Shown piece by piece: positions 14,491 to 29,900 of a DNA stretch of 64,000 nucleotides. The stretch spans positions 1,400,917 to 1,464,916 of the forward strand of contig JAKIMF020000005.1 in the NCBI GenBank assembly GCA_022605425.2. Direction: 5' to 3'. Under the pieces are notes generated by a model. The model was not told the origin of the DNA, did no database searches, and saw nothing but the letters and a program-made list of their open reading frames with translations. The number at the start of each line of letters is the position of its first letter. The first letter of the stretch is position 1. The translations under genes were made by a program, and so were the position numbers. This DNA is from Hamiltosporidium tvaerminnensis FI-OER-3-3. Taxonomy: Eukaryota > Fungi > Microsporidia.

Positions 14491-17400
14491 TATTGCACAA
14501 TGACTCCAAGTGAATTTGAAGAGATAATTTAAGCAGTACTAACTTTTAAAGAGAGTTTAAACCCTTCGGTTTGAGATATAAATGTAGAACATTTTTTAAA
14601 TAAAGTATATTTATATAGAAAATCTCATAAGAAAGAAAAATCAATTGCTATTCTAGAATATAATAACGCATAAAAAAAATATATAAGTATAAAATTAGGC
14701 TAAGTGTATTTTCTTTTGCTTAAATATTGTAAAGTCTATATAACAAGATATATAAAATTTCAGAAAGTCAAAGTGAGCCATTGACCCAAAATAAAAAGAA
14801 GCTTTAAATGTAGATTCAAATTAGGAAGATTGGGTAACCCTATACCGAGGAAAAATAACAATTAAATAACTTAAATATTTTTTTTGCATTAACTGTTCAA
14901 TACTTATAAGTTTTAGATGTAATATTATTAAAAAAAATTAAATTGTAGAATCTAAAGTCTATTTAAATATTTTATTTTGTCGATTTCAGGAAAATAATCG
15001 TATTTTACAAGCCATTAGACTTAAGCGAAGAATATCAAGAATGCTCTCAAAAATGAAAAAAACCATAGTTTTGAATATAAGAAATATTTAACAAACATAA
15101 ATTGTTTTCTACCTTTAAAAAAAATATTGATATACCTAAATATTTAAATCGAGGTTTTTGAAACGAAAAAATCGAATAAGTTTAAAACAATATTTATAGT
15201 CATTTATAAACAAAGCTTAAGTGTCCCATATGTACTTTATATGGTTCAAAGTTTCTATAGCGACTAAATAGATAATATTAAAATCGAGTAAAAACTGTTA
15301 ATAACACCAGAAAGGGTTCAAACCAAAATAGATTAAACTTACCTTAAAAGCAATAAAAACCACATACAAAAAAATGTAACATAAAGTAACAGAAATATAA
15401 AAGTATTTAAAAACAGGAATTAAGCTACTTAAACAATGAGGTATAAAAAATTTCAAGGTAAAAAATAATCATAATATTGGCTCAGATTTAAAGGTAAGTA
15501 TAAAGTAAAAAACCTACTCAAAAAGTAAATTGAAAAGATAAGAGAAGGGAGATAAAATAATTAAAATTTGGCTTATTTATATGTAATTTGAATTCTCACA
15601 TGGTTTTGCAAAGCAAATTATGTCAGTATGGCAAAGTAATAACACACAAAAAGGGATTTCAGATTTGATCACTGCCAAAATTCAAGCTTCCTTTTGATAT
15701 ATAAAAATATTTTTGCATGCACAAATCGGACTGAACATTAGGACAGAATTTCTTTAAAAAAATAAATTAACTGGATTAAGTAGTAAAAAAAATGTTTCTT
15801 CTGGAAAAAATAACCTGTCTGGTCTTAATCTTCAAACACAATGAAAATTTCATTTTCAGACTTTGAATAACCCCCACTCCTATTTAAAGAAATCAATATG
15901 TACATCAAAACACACGATCTTATATTTTCTAAAATTTCCATCAATTATCAAGAATTTATTTCATAGAATTTGCCAGTTTTATTTTTAATTTAAATTGTTA
16001 CAAGAAAAATTTAGTCAGACAATAATTTTAATTTTGTTTTATAAAATTAACTCTTCAATTTTCAATATGATTTGACCTATATAGCATATACCTCAAGAAA
16101 ACGATTATAATTTTTTAGCATTTATAACATTTGATAAAAATAAGAAAAGCCTTCATTCAGCTCATCCTTTGATTTTAGAACTCAAAAGAAATAATATTCA
16201 TTTCTGAGATTAAAATTATTTTTATTAAGCTTTATTCGATATAAATTACTGTACTAACGTAATTAGAATTTAAAATATATTTATTAAATTTACGAGAAAA
16301 CTATTTTTTTCTTATGTAAAAATCTCATAATATTTATTTAAAAAATAACAAACTTTTTTGCGGTTCCAATTTTAGGAAACCTTTAGTTGTTAAATTAAGT
16401 CTGAACTTAACGAAGAAAAAAACCATATTTCTAAGTTTTGAGAAGAATGAAATCATTATGAACTATTAAAGGACACCTAATTGTGTTTTTGACTGAAAGA
16501 CTTATCCCTTTTGATATCTATAGATAAATGTAAAATGAATATGAGAAATATGCTTAATTCATATTTTTATAATTCAGACTGATCATTTTTATACACTTCT
16601 ATATTAAAATTTCTGCTCAAAAATATTATCTGAAATCACAAAAGAGACAGATAAGTAATTTAAAGCTATATATTAATAAAACAAATTTTTCTTCTATTAA
16701 AAATTTGTATATTTCTTTTTCAAAAAAAATCATTTTCTTTAAAACTTCTTGATTTTTTCTAATGACAAATCAATTATTGCAAATAAAAAATTTCTGTCAT
16801 TTAACCATGCTAAGATCTTTTGTATATGAAATTATTTTAAGAATAAAAATCGAAAATATAAATTGCTTTTTGTAAGGTTTTTTGATATTTAAAGTCGCAT
16901 TTAGAAAGAATCGTATCTAAGCATAAAAAAAATAGGAAGTAAACCAAAATTCCAGAGAAAAGGTATCTTAAATCTCAGGTGTCTTTAAGATACCATAAAG
17001 ACCGATTATATATGATTCCTTAAATGTGATCAGATCCTAACAATAAAATTTTTATTTTTGAATTATTATTTAATAAAAATATCCAAAAGAATTAAAAGTA
17101 TTTAAACCTGGATTATATAGGTTTTGTTGTTTATGTACAGTTCCCGTATAAGTAAAAGATTGTTCAACATGTAAAGTTATTATTTGTCACAATTTTTTTA
17201 AATATATCGATATTTTCGATTATATTTCCATTAATAATTCGTAAAAATTGTTTTTACTCTTTCAATTGTTGAAATTTTAAGTTTTTGTTTAAATAGATCA
17301 AAGTTCACAAAATAGTTTTGTTTATTATATATGGAAAGACAGAGTATGCAAAATGATATTCTAATAAAAGTAATGACGTGTTGAAATTTTACATAAATTT

Positions 17401-19839
17401 TCTTTTATGAATTAAAATATTTATTTTCTTTCGTATTTACATTCTATATACATTAAATATATTTCAAAAATTTTCTTTATTTTTATTTTACAAAGTTTAT
17501 CCCTACCAATATTATTATAAAAATATTCTCCTCCATAGAGAAATAAATTGAATTGGTAAAAGAAGAAGTGTGAACAGAAAAAAAGAAATATTCTAAAGTA
17601 GAAGAAAACACCAATAGAAATAAAAACTATACTATTGCTGTTTCTTATCCAACCAGAGTATTTTCTTATCTGGTAAGTGTAAAGTTGAGTGTTTCCTCTG
17701 TATGCAATGCTACATATGATATTAGAAAAATAAATTTAGGGTTTTTTTCATAGATCACGATACTCTTCAATAACACTAGCTGGGTAAGCAGGAAAATATT
17801 TCAAAATTTTTTTCCAAAGAAGATTTCACAAATAAGATTATAACATTAAAAGATGCTAAGGGCTTTTGTACAGAAACAGAGCAGAGCAGATATAAATGGA
17901 GAATATTAGTAGGTTTCGCAGAAGAGGTTATTGATTCTTTCTATTCAGAGATGTGTTAAGATTACTATATGTTGATGTATATTTATTACGAGTGTCTAGA
18001 GTCAATTTTATCTTGCTAAAAAGAATTACTATTTTCGGTTTCCAGGTTCATTTAGAAATATGAGCAGCTTATATTACCTGTTTAATGTGTGAAGTGTTTT
18101 TAGAATAAAGTTATATTGAGAATAGCTTTTTAAAATGTTCATATTAAGATATAAATTTTTCTATTTTTATACAAGGAACTAATAGATGGTATGAATTATG
18201 AAATATTTACTTTTTTAAAAACTGGAAAAGAAAAAAATTTATGGAAAAAACAAAACTAGTTTGAGAATAGGGCTTTGCATGATAGAATATATATTTCTAG
18301 GAATACATTGCAGAATCATTAGAATTTTGTGTATGCTTCACAATAAATCGTAGTGAGTATTAGATAATCCTTAGATCTGATCAAGAAGGCTTTGAGTTCG
18401 AAATATAATAAATGTATAAAAATATTTTTGTGTTGTTTTCCGCCACATCTATTTAAATAAGCTATATACATCTCACTTTTTCTATTTTTTTTTCCTACTT
18501 ATATTTTACTCACCCTTTCAGATTTGATTAAATTTTATATTTTGTATTTTTGTGTAGTTTGTGATTTTGCTTTAAAATTCATTGCTTGTTAATTTAAGGG
18601 TATATTTGATTGCATCCCTGTGCCTGGTTTGTAAATATTTTGCACAGGCGCTTATGTTTCCTCTATATTTTTACTTTATAAATTAATTTGCTAATATTCT
18701 TTTTGCGGACAAAAAATTAATTCAGTTACAAATCCAGATTTTGCGTTACTCAAAAAAATAACTAGTCTATTAAATTACATTGGTTGTGTATGGGTATCTA
18801 CTGACGCTGATCCTTATGCTTGCGATAGAAGCAAACTTTCTATTTATAAAAAAGTTATAATTAGAAATTAAAAATTAATTTCGCTCAATGCAGAAACAAA
18901 GAAATAATAGCAAAAGCCAACATCCAATGCTAAATTGAATTTTTAGAAAATTATAAATTAAAAATATTTTTAAACAATATATTATGAGACGAGTAAATCT
19001 ATAAAGGATATCGCATGGAGAGAATAGCTTTAATTAAATTTAGTTATATATAAAAGCATAGAATGAAACTATATATATAAAGCTAGAAAAACATGCAAAA
19101 AACTTTAAATGTAGTTAGAAACTGAAATATTCTTTTACCAATAATACCAAAATGGTCTAATTTACAACAAAATCGATTTTATCAGGATGTGTAATTCTTC
19201 TATAAAATTTGATGATGAAAATTCACATTTATAGCTACAAGTTAGTAATAAACACAACGAAACTGTTACATGCAACAATTAATAGCTTAGAAAAAAACAA
19301 ATTAAAATTTCAGGTTCTTAGATAAGTCATAGTTTAGGCACTTTTTATTTGCATATTTTTGTTTTGCGTTTTATCTTGTATAACTTTTCTAAATTTAAAA
19401 TAATTTATAGAACTACGTAATAAATTAAAAATTGGTAGATATGAGAAATATTTAAAAACTAAAATTTTTTGGTCAAATTGTCTAATTAAATAGTAAGCAA
19501 TAAAGTAAAGAATGTTTTACTATTATTGTATGAAATATATGTTTTAAAGCCGATAATATGTTTGATATGAAATTTGCGGTGTATAATTCAAAGACAAGAA
19601 ACACTTTTCCTAAAACACAAGTCGAAATTTTACATTAAATTTTTGGTTTGATAAATAAAAAGAAAACTCCCAGAGTTTTTTAAAAATAGATAAGTTAATA
19701 CTAAATTTTTGTTTGCAAAATAGTTTTTATAGGTTAATAAAGTATAAATAAAAATTTTTTGGGATTTAAGAAATAAAATATTAATACTTTTGCAATTTTT
19801 TTAAAATTTTATAATCATACAAGGATTTCAATTTTTTTT

Positions 19840-22400
19840 ACCTGGATTGTAATAGACATAACAAAAGAAATCTAGATTCTTTTATAAAGATTATTTTCGA
19901 ACAATTTATTTCTATGTAAATAGGAAATACATATATATTTAAAAAGAAAACAACTCAATCATAGACTCAATAGCTCATTCATATATCATAAAGAGTAGAT
20001 AGGTTCTTTACAAGTTTACAAGAAATAGATAAGATAATGTACAAGAGATAACGTGTTGCGATACAAAGTAAATAAAAGTTATTATTTTTTAAAGAGTTTA
20101 GGTTAGAACCCACAACTCATTATTATATCCTTTTTTATTTATGATATATATCTTAGCCTCGGGTTTTTCAAATAGGCAACTGCGTCCCAAAATTAAGCTC
20201 TTTGCCTTAGATTTTGTGTAATTTTATTTAATGTTATTGATATGACTATCTACCAATATATTATAATTGCAATGAACCCGCTGTTTAGTTAAATCCTACT
20301 TTAACCAAGACCGGATGAGTTTTTTGGCACTACTTTTGAATCATAATAGGAATACATGTAAATAACCTTACATATTCCCGTTCTATAATCCAAATCAGTT
20401 TAGATTGTGTAAGAATAATAATTCATTGCAAATGTATTGGTAAAAATAGTAGTTGATTGTGGTACAAGTTTCTTTTGCTTCTACACTGGGTTTAATGTTT
20501 ATATATATGAAGACGTGTCAGAAGTTTTATAAGAAGATAGTCCTAAGTCACTTTTAGAAGATGCCACAAATTAGAAACTTCCTAAATTTTACTTTGTTCT
20601 TACTTTTAATATTCAATTATCTTTTTTTTATATTTTAAGTAGACAAATCGTAATTTTGATAGTATAATCTCTAAACCAACAAACACAATCATAGAAATTT
20701 TATTTGTTGAATTACAACAAACGACCGATTTCATAGAAATAATATGTTTTTTAATCTTCTCATTACATATCATCCCATGAATATATTCAGATATCAAAAT
20801 TGTATAAATCTCGTAAGTCACAGTGTAAAGTTATTACTTCGTTTTTGAAGATTTTTTCATCGCTGTAAAGCTCTTTAAAAAATATATATATTAAAATATG
20901 TGGTATAAAATTAAGTTTATACGGAACTATGTATTGATTATTCCTTCAATCTTTATACAAATTAAAATATTGTCTAAATTATTTTTTAGTTGAATTATTT
21001 TTTTGTGTGAATCCGTATTGTTACAGTGAATGTTAAAGATCAAAAAAAACCCAAATAGCAGATATCCGAACCATTTAAAACATAGTTGTAGAAATCGCCT
21101 TTAAACTAGGTAGATAATTCAAGAGCATGCAAATGTACGAATAATTAGTGTAAAATCATTCATTAAAATGTAGTTTTAATATAAAAGTAATATAAATAAA
21201 ATAAAGTAATTAGTTCAAGACATTTTAGTATACTATCCTATTTATTTAAAGTTAATTCTTTAGCACTTTGCAGTAAGATAGTATATAATTCTAATAAAAA
21301 GAGTTTACAAATTATAAAAACATTTAATACATTTAAGAATATAACAATTTAAGTTGGTTCACTCTGGCTATATATTATAAAACAAAATATTTATTTATGA
21401 TATATTGAGATGAATGAAATATTAAGATCTACTGCCTATAAATTGTATTACACATAATAAATTAATCTCTTTATAAATCTACAAAAATTTAATCCATTTC
21501 ACAAAAGAAATAGTATTAATTTTCTCATTAATTCGATTAAAAGTTTTATACATGATATTAAAATATCTTTCACATATACATCTTTCTTTCAAATAGATTT
21601 ATATTTTTTTAAGTAACATAAACAATACATTTATAATAGATACATGGCATTTCTATCAATTTTATAAAAGGTAAATAATATGAGGTTATATAGAAATCGA
21701 AAGTTATCTATAAATCCCATATATAATTAACGTTTCTAACAATATACTGAGAGCTTTTTCAATCGATTTCATAAAATTTAATACAGCCATATTAAAGTTA
21801 AACACAGCGTATTATGACCAAGAATAAAAAATCTTATTTTTAGATATTGAGTAAAGGTTTTAATAGTCCAAATATTCCAAAAAACAATAAATAAACATCC
21901 AATACCTCACACTTAAAAACTTCCAATTATGGTAAATTTTATAAGCTTATTAAGGTTAACCCCTTAAAATCATATAAAAAGAGAAATTACTTAACTATAT
22001 ATTCTAATGTAACATAGTGATGTGATTAAACGAATTTTTAGCTAAATGAATATAAAATTGACATTAAATTTACAAAAATTCCATAAAAATATAATAACAT
22101 AATACTTTTTTAAGGAAAAAATAGTACTTTATTCAAAAACTTCACCATTATAAGAGCTATAATAGTTTATTTGTAGAAAAACGCTTACATAACGGACCAT
22201 TCAACTTAGAAAATGAATAACAAAAGAATGATCTAAAAAAATGTAACCACATTTAAAAAGTAGATTAAGGTTAAGCAAAATTAATTTAAGTAAAACAAGT
22301 ATATACAACAAGAAATTTTAAATGTAGTAAAAGCAGAAAAATAATTACATAAACATAAAATATTCCAGTTAAAAAAACTTAAAAAGGAAACCAATCTAAA
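19840..22400 (+). repeat. Repeated module, partial copy (segments Z and W plus 3' tail)
   Basis: Collinear with 43350-45750, with 50470-56850 minus the retroelement, and with 60300-62850. Shared blocks include AGTTGATTGTGG, GATAGT.CTAAGT and AAAAACTTCCAATTATGGTAAAT. Confidence 0.85.
21723..21863 (+). pseudogene. Small ORF W paralog, ATG mutated to ATA, two internal TAA
   Basis: IINVSNNILRAFSIDFIKFNTAILKLNTAYYDQE*KILFLDIE*RF*, no indels versus the other copies. Confidence 0.55.
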
Positions 22401-25400
22401 TAAAATTTAAAAAATAAAAAAGTATTTAAAATTTTTAGCAAAAATGGCTGATTTAATTAAAAGAAACCACATTTGATAATTATAAAGATTTCTGGTCCCT
22501 TTTCCGGATTTTTCATGTATATAATCTTATTTGTTTTTATATTTTTTTTCATATTTTAGAATCTTCAATTCGACTATAAGTAACTATATCGAATAAATTC
22601 GATAATTTTGGAGTACAGAAATTTACAAAAACCACCTAGAAATTTTATTATGCATACAATATCTAATTATTAAACAATTATTCATTATATTCAAAGTAAT
22701 TTTCGGTATTAAAACATATATCTTGTAAAATATTTTCAAAAATTTTGGAATAGCCTACACACTATATACGAGATAGGTTGATCGAAATGAAAAAAAATAT
22801 TGTGAAAAAATGTTCTTAAAAACGGGAAAAGTTTATTAACAACCTCAATATTGTTTCCTTATTAGATAATTTCTTGTATTTTTGCTGTTTTTTGACTATT
22901 TAAAAATTTTATTTTGTCATCGATAATTCTCGATTTGTTTCATATACTATATACAAATATATCACGAAAAAAATCAAAAAAAAAATTGTAATGAAGATTG
23001 CATAACCAAATTTTATACAAAATAAACAGTCATATTTTATAAGCATATTAGTAGAATTTGTATCAATTTCTGAGCATTAAATAGTATTTCTTTCTTACAC
23101 AGTATTTTAAAAATTTGAAAATCTTCAATTCTGATACATGTAACTCTATTAAACAAAATAGAAAAAATCAAGCAATAAAAAAAGTTAAGAAAAAAGACTA
23201 AATTTATTCTTAACTATAAATAAAATTTTTTACGAAACATCTATTTTTTTAATTATATTTTTATCCATTTTTCATATCATTCTAACGACTATACATAAAC
23301 CAAATCGAAAAAACCAATTCATTCGAATGTAATAGAAAGATATACTATAAATTTAAATTAAAGAAAAATATTCTGTTACACTATATAGAATTTGATAGTT
23401 GCGATATTTTCGTAATATAATTCTTAAATTTTTTTCAAGAAGATTTTCACCTTTTTTTTAAATTTCTTCATTCACAATATACTATGTAGTTTGACAAATT
23501 CGAAAAAATTAATTTAGAAATTTACTTTCAGAATTTCGGAGTTTACACAGAAGCAACCTTCTAGAGTACTGTAAGACTCCTCTATAGATTAATTAAAATT
23601 TGTGCATTGAATATATATATTTCGTTGATGTTTTTTCAACTTTTAAAAACCGAGATATGTATAGGTATATATGCCTAAAAAATTCAAAAAAATTGAAATT
23701 TGAAATAAACACACAAAATGACTTAAATTTATCATAAAGTATAATCTAAGTATATAGACGTATTTTTTAAAATATTGAGAGCATTACCAAGTATTTAATC
23801 ATTTATTTGTGCAACTAGATTGTTTCATAATTCTTAAATTTCTTCTTACACATATAAAAGATATACTAAGCAACAGTGCAAAAATAGGTAATAAAAATTT
23901 ATAAGAAAAACTGCTATATTTTAGAGTAAACATTAAAATAAAATTATTAAACTCACACTTGATGTATTTTTATAGATTCCTATGCATTGAAGCGTTTATT
24001 TTTTAAGAACAGATTTTTTATATTTTTTAAATCGTATATACGACTGTACGAAAACTGATTAAGTAAATCAAAAAAATTAATAAATTGACCAAATTTTTTA
24101 TTATCTCATTCGGAACTTTATAAATCTATAGGGAATGTTTTTACATTCTTTAGGTAATAAATCATATATTTTTTTAGTTTATTTTTAGAATCTTGCAATG
24201 GTTTATACAACTATATTGAAACTAATCTAAAAAAATTAAAAAATATAAAAAATATAGGTAAATCAAATACAAATTTAAAAATAAATATACTAGGTTAAGA
24301 ATCTACCTGGTAGTATTTCGAATAATTCTTATTTAAATAAACATAATTGTTTTTATATTTTGAATTTGTGATAACTTTCGAATAATTGAATACAATATAT
24401 ATAAATATAACAAATGACTTTAAAAAATTCAGTAAAAAAAAATTGCTTAGAATCTCAGAAAATTTAACATAAACATAACATTAATGATATCCTAAGAACA
24501 TTTATTATATGTGTTCTTTGAGATTATAACTAATGTTTTTTTCTGAATTTTTTTTTCTAATTTAAAATCGTTTCCTACAGTATATAGAAAATATTATAGA
24601 AAAAAAATATGAAAATTTGGAAAATGGAATTACTCAGAAACATTCCTAAATCTTTCGTAAAATTTAATTATATTGGATTATTATAAGAAGTTTTGTATAA
24701 TTTTCAGAGAATTTTAATCATTCGAGATTTTCTTTTTTTTACTGATATTTTCATCATCTCGAATCGTCAATACGACTATATACAAATTATATTGAAAAAA
24801 ATTACTAAAAATTAGTTAAAAAAACTTACATTAAAAACAAATAATTTCATATTAAACGATCTTTTTAAATTATTTTAAGAACTTTTAAGCCATTTTGGGT
24901 GATTATTAACCATTTAATATTATATATTTCATTTATTTTTTTATTAATTTTCCGAGTGTTTAATACTGCTATAGAAAAAAAACGAAAAATTTTAAAAAAA
25001 ATTAGGTAATAAAAATCCGTGTAATCATGAATAAATTGATTATAAACAATCTTATTTCATTATTAATAACAGATTCGAAGTATTTTAATAAATTCTTAAG
25101 TAATTAATCGAATGTATTTTTTAAAATTTTTTTATTGCTTCATAACTGTATACAGCAAATATATCGAATAAAATCGTAAAAAATTAGGTAATAAAAACTT
25201 GATAAAACATAGCTATATTTAATTATAAAAAAGGCATGAAATATTGTTAAAAACCTATCTGATGTATTTATAACAATTTTAAAGCATTAGATCTTATATC
25301 TTTCGAGTCCAAGTTCTTCAAGATTTCTAAAGTGTTTCATATACTATATATAAAATATATTAAACAAAATTCAAAAAATTAGGTAGGAAAAAATGACATC

Positions 25401-26900
25401 GAAGATAATCAAAATTTTATTTAAAACTACAAAATTTAATTATTTACTTAATATCCGAAGTGCTTTATGCAATTCTTATTCAAAAACATATATTTTTCTA
25501 AATTTATTTTTTTTAAAATTTTTGAATTGTCAATTCGACTCAAGGCGGACACTAGCTTTGAATAAAATCGAAAAAATTATGTAGTAAAAATAACACTAAA
25601 CATTATGAAATTTATTTTAAAGAAATTAATTTTCACAATTTAGATAATTTAAAGCGTTTAGATATGGGATTTTCAATTTTTAAATTGTATATTTTTGTGA
25701 CAATTTGTTTCCGATTTTCATCCGTTTCATACACTATGAACAAAAGATTTCAAAAAAATACAGTGAAAAAATTTAATGACAAAATTTATAGTAAAAATGA
25801 GCACATTAAATAGTAAACATTATTTTTAATTATTATAAAACCATTCACTCTATTTACAGTACTTTCTAAATATGTAATCTTATATTTTTATAGCTCGATT
25901 TTTTGATAATGTTATAACTTCCATTCGACTATACATAAATGATCGACCAAATCTAAAAAAGTTAAATAGAAAAAAAATTGCATAAAATATAAAGATATAC
26001 TATATAAAAAAATATAATATTTATTTACACATATCTATTCTATTATAATATATTTACAACCTTAGGATCTAACTATGTTTGAATTATTTTTTACATTTTT
26101 CCAAAGCGTTTCATACACTATATTTAATATATAAAACAAAATTTAAAACAAATAGGTTAAAAAAAAATCCAAAACATATTAAAATTTTAATCTAGCCTAT
26201 AAAAAGAAATTATATTATCCGTCCAAGAGATTTATATTGATTTTTATCTACTAAAACTTATATATTTTAAAATCATTATAAAATAATTTTGGATTGTCTA
26301 TACCTATATACTAAACTATATAAAAAAACCGAAAACATAAAATAAAAAAAATATACCGGAAACATGGCTAAATAAAATATTGACATCACCAATTATATTA
26401 TTATAAACATTTATGTACTATTCTGGTGATTTTTTAAGTATTAAATTCTATTTCTTATAAGCTTAACTTTTTCTTAGTTTTAAAGCCTTCAATACAAATA
26501 TACATAAACAAATCGAAAAAAATAGGTAACAAAAATCAACAAAACAACGATATTTTTTCATATTTACAAAATCCACAAACTAATACAAGATCTTTTATGT
26601 CCTTTCTATATATTTTCAAATAATAATTCATATATTTTTTCGAATTCGATTTTCGAAATTTTAAATTTCTTAATACACTATATAAAAAAATTATTGTATG
26701 AAAGAAAAAAAATTAGTTAAAAAATTTACATAAAATATGAATGATTTTAATTCTAAACTTTGGAATAAGATAGCATAAAGAACATTTAGAATGCTTTTAT
26801 GTACTTCTAATATTACTTGATTATTTTATTGACTCTTCTTAATAAACTTTAAAATATTTCTTAAAGAATATAGAAAAAGAATAAATGATTAGAAAATATA
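22380..26900. repeat. Degenerate tandem satellite array 1, about 24 units, period about 187 bp
   Basis: Recurring anchor TTTCATAC(G)ACTATA...AAAATCGAAAAAATTAGGTAATAAAAA. ACTATA-equivalent positions include 22573, 22761, 22946, 23288, 23481, 24043, 24210, 24579, 24775, 24968, 25145, 25343, 25538, 25733, 25928, 26117, 26303 and 26677. Confidence 0.9.
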
Positions 26901-29900
26901 CTGCAAAAATATCTAAGTTATAACGATTCTAGTTAATTAGAAATAATATGAAACAATAAAATATATGAATAGAAAACTATCTATCCAAGGATAAAAGTCT
27001 CTTTGTACTGAATTAAAGAGCTATTTAAAATGTAACAAAATAAAACAACGCAAATAGAAAAAAACACATAGGAAAAGTCAATATTTAAAACAAAGAAAAA
27101 AAAAGTATGAAATGTAGACGGAACTAAAAATAATTATATAAAAATAAAACAACGTGAAATGACTTAATTTATTTATTTCAAATATAATCCATGCCAATTA
27201 ATGTAACTTTTATTGTTTTCTTCATATTACTATCTGTTTCCTTAAATCCGTATTTTAAATTCTATTTCTCTGCTTATTTTCAATCGAAGTATACTTTCAT
27301 GTTTGTGTATTCCAAATTATGGAGGTTAAATATTATTACCATTGATTAGTTTAATTTTTCCGAATCACTAAGTATATAATTAATTTGGATATCATTTATT
27401 TTATATTATCTCTATTAAAAACATCTATAGGTCTTTTACATTAAAAAAAGTATAAATAATAAAAGTAAAAGAAATAAGCCCAATGGTTAAACTCAATATT
27501 CTTTCCAATACAATGGTTTAGTGTTGCATTTACCTCGCAGACCCTTAAAATAAAAAATGCTCAAAACGCCTATATATACATAACGAAGCTCCAATTCACT
27601 CGTGAATTTAATACCTATATTCAATATTGATTTCATAAAAACCAGGAGTGAATTAACACTCAATATCAATGTATTATACAAAAATCTATATAACCAGAAC
27701 ATAGAATGTAGCACACATTTTCTAAAGTAAAAAAATGATAAAAAGCCAATTTTATATATTATTTCTAACATTATAATAAATTACTATGTTGATCTAAAAT
27801 GAAATATGCTAAAAACATATCAAGAAAATTTATAATATGGTTCTCAGCCATATTTTTAATAATATTTTTCATTTCGACCTGATCAAATAATAGCAGGTTA
27901 AAATGTAAAACGAATTCGGACTATTGCGTTAAATAATTTTCGAATGCTAAATTTAATTTTTTTAAACTATTATACTTGAGATCTTATAAAAACGACACTG
28001 TAAAAAGTTTAGAGTGTAAATAAAATTATATAAATTAATTTAAATATTTTACTTTAGTAGAGACAATAAAATCAAAATTATTTCGAATAATATAATAAGA
28101 GTAAATTAAAAGCAACCAAAATATGTAACTATAATAGATCTTATTCTTATATTGATTTTAGAATATTAAACTATTTTGAAAAAGATTTTAAACATATTTT
28201 AGTCTTCTGATACAGTATCAGAACAATGATGTTTATTTTAAATACAGGAATCCTATTTTGCCATTTAAAAAGAAATATTTTATTTTTTTTCGTATTGTAA
28301 GTTTTCGAATTCCACTTTAAATGGAAATCTAAGCATAAAACCAAAAATATTTTAGCTTCTGACTTACTATTTCAAGGACCCAATGCGATTCACCTTTTTC
28401 TCAATATAACAGTATTTAAAACGAATATTAACACAGTCTTTAATATATAAGCTTAATTCAGCATTGTTTTTAATTCTAAAAAATATTTATTTTATTATAG
28501 TTTACAAATAGTATTTTCAGACACAATAAAATCCGAGTTATTTTAAAATAATTTCCATAAATTTAAATTTCGTGTAAAAACAATTTTATCTCGATTAGCA
28601 TAGTTTTATATTTTTCTGAGATAACTATTAGTCAGCAAAATTAGGATTTAATTATCCTTAAATTTTTATCAGAGGATTTAGCCATAAAAAAAAATTACTT
28701 TTTTTTAGTAGAATTCAGAGTTATAATCATCTAAAACATAAATTATAGTTTAAATGAATAAATTTACGTTTAAAGCTTATTAGAACAAACATTTACATAT
28801 AAATATCAAAAAATTGCATCAAGGTTCTGAAAAAAAATATTCCTTGTAACATCAGTAAAAATAACCCAAAAAAGAAATTACTAAACAAAAATAGTAGATT
28901 AACTTATTGATCTAGATTTATGTAAGAATCAAGATTTTATCATAGTAAAGAAAATAAATTTGAAATAACTTTATTATACTTGAAAACAGGTTTAAGAATT
29001 TCATTATACTAAGAATTCATTTAAAAAAGCTTTTTTCATAGAATATAAGAACTGAATGTACATTTTCTTTGGTAAAAACAAATTCTAAATTAAAAATTTG
29101 ATATATCAAGATAATAACATTTCCTTAATGATAATTAATTTACTGTAAATAAATTTGAGCAACTAATTGAATATTATGAAACAATCTATTCTTTACTAAA
29201 AAAATTAAGTTGAACATAATTTTTCAACATATACAATTAGAATATTTTTTTGTGCAAAATAAAAAGATTTATTGCCTCATAATTCTAAATTTTAAATAAA
29301 CGGATAAATTATATCTTTAAATTCAAGAATTATCAAAAAGATTTCAGTGATACAATAAATCATTCAGTTATCCAATAATATATTATTATATGAATTAATT
29401 TACATAAAACAGAAAATCTTACATTTATTTCTATATTAGATCGGTATATCGTTCTGAGATACATAAATTTATAATAAAAAGCAGTTTTTACATTATAAAT
29501 TGTATGCAATTCTAGTTTAAAAAATTTAACTAAAATGATTTGAAATACAAATTTCTGTATATCGAACTAGATTAAATACAAGAAATATTGTTAATTAAAT
29601 TATTTTTTACAGTTACTATTACTTTTTATGGTGGGTTTACTAATTTTCATAACTTCTAAAAGCATAGCTTTTTAGTCTACAACTAAAAAAAATAGTTTCA
29701 GTTTATTTTTTATATTATGGAATTTTGCACTTATAACAAAATAAAGAAAGACATATATTCCATTTCAAATACATTTAAAATAATGCTTTAAATTATGTTA
29801 TACAAATTTTAGTATCGTAAAGAATTTTTTTGATAGTTAACAAATATAAGTTTATCCATTTAAATGAAAAAGTTTAGATATATATTAGATAAATTATTGG

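Noticed and set aside
20446-20475. VVDCGTS resembling the actin/Arp3 phosphate-1 motif
   Set aside because: No downstream actin-fold motifs, and the Asp is not conserved across paralogs.
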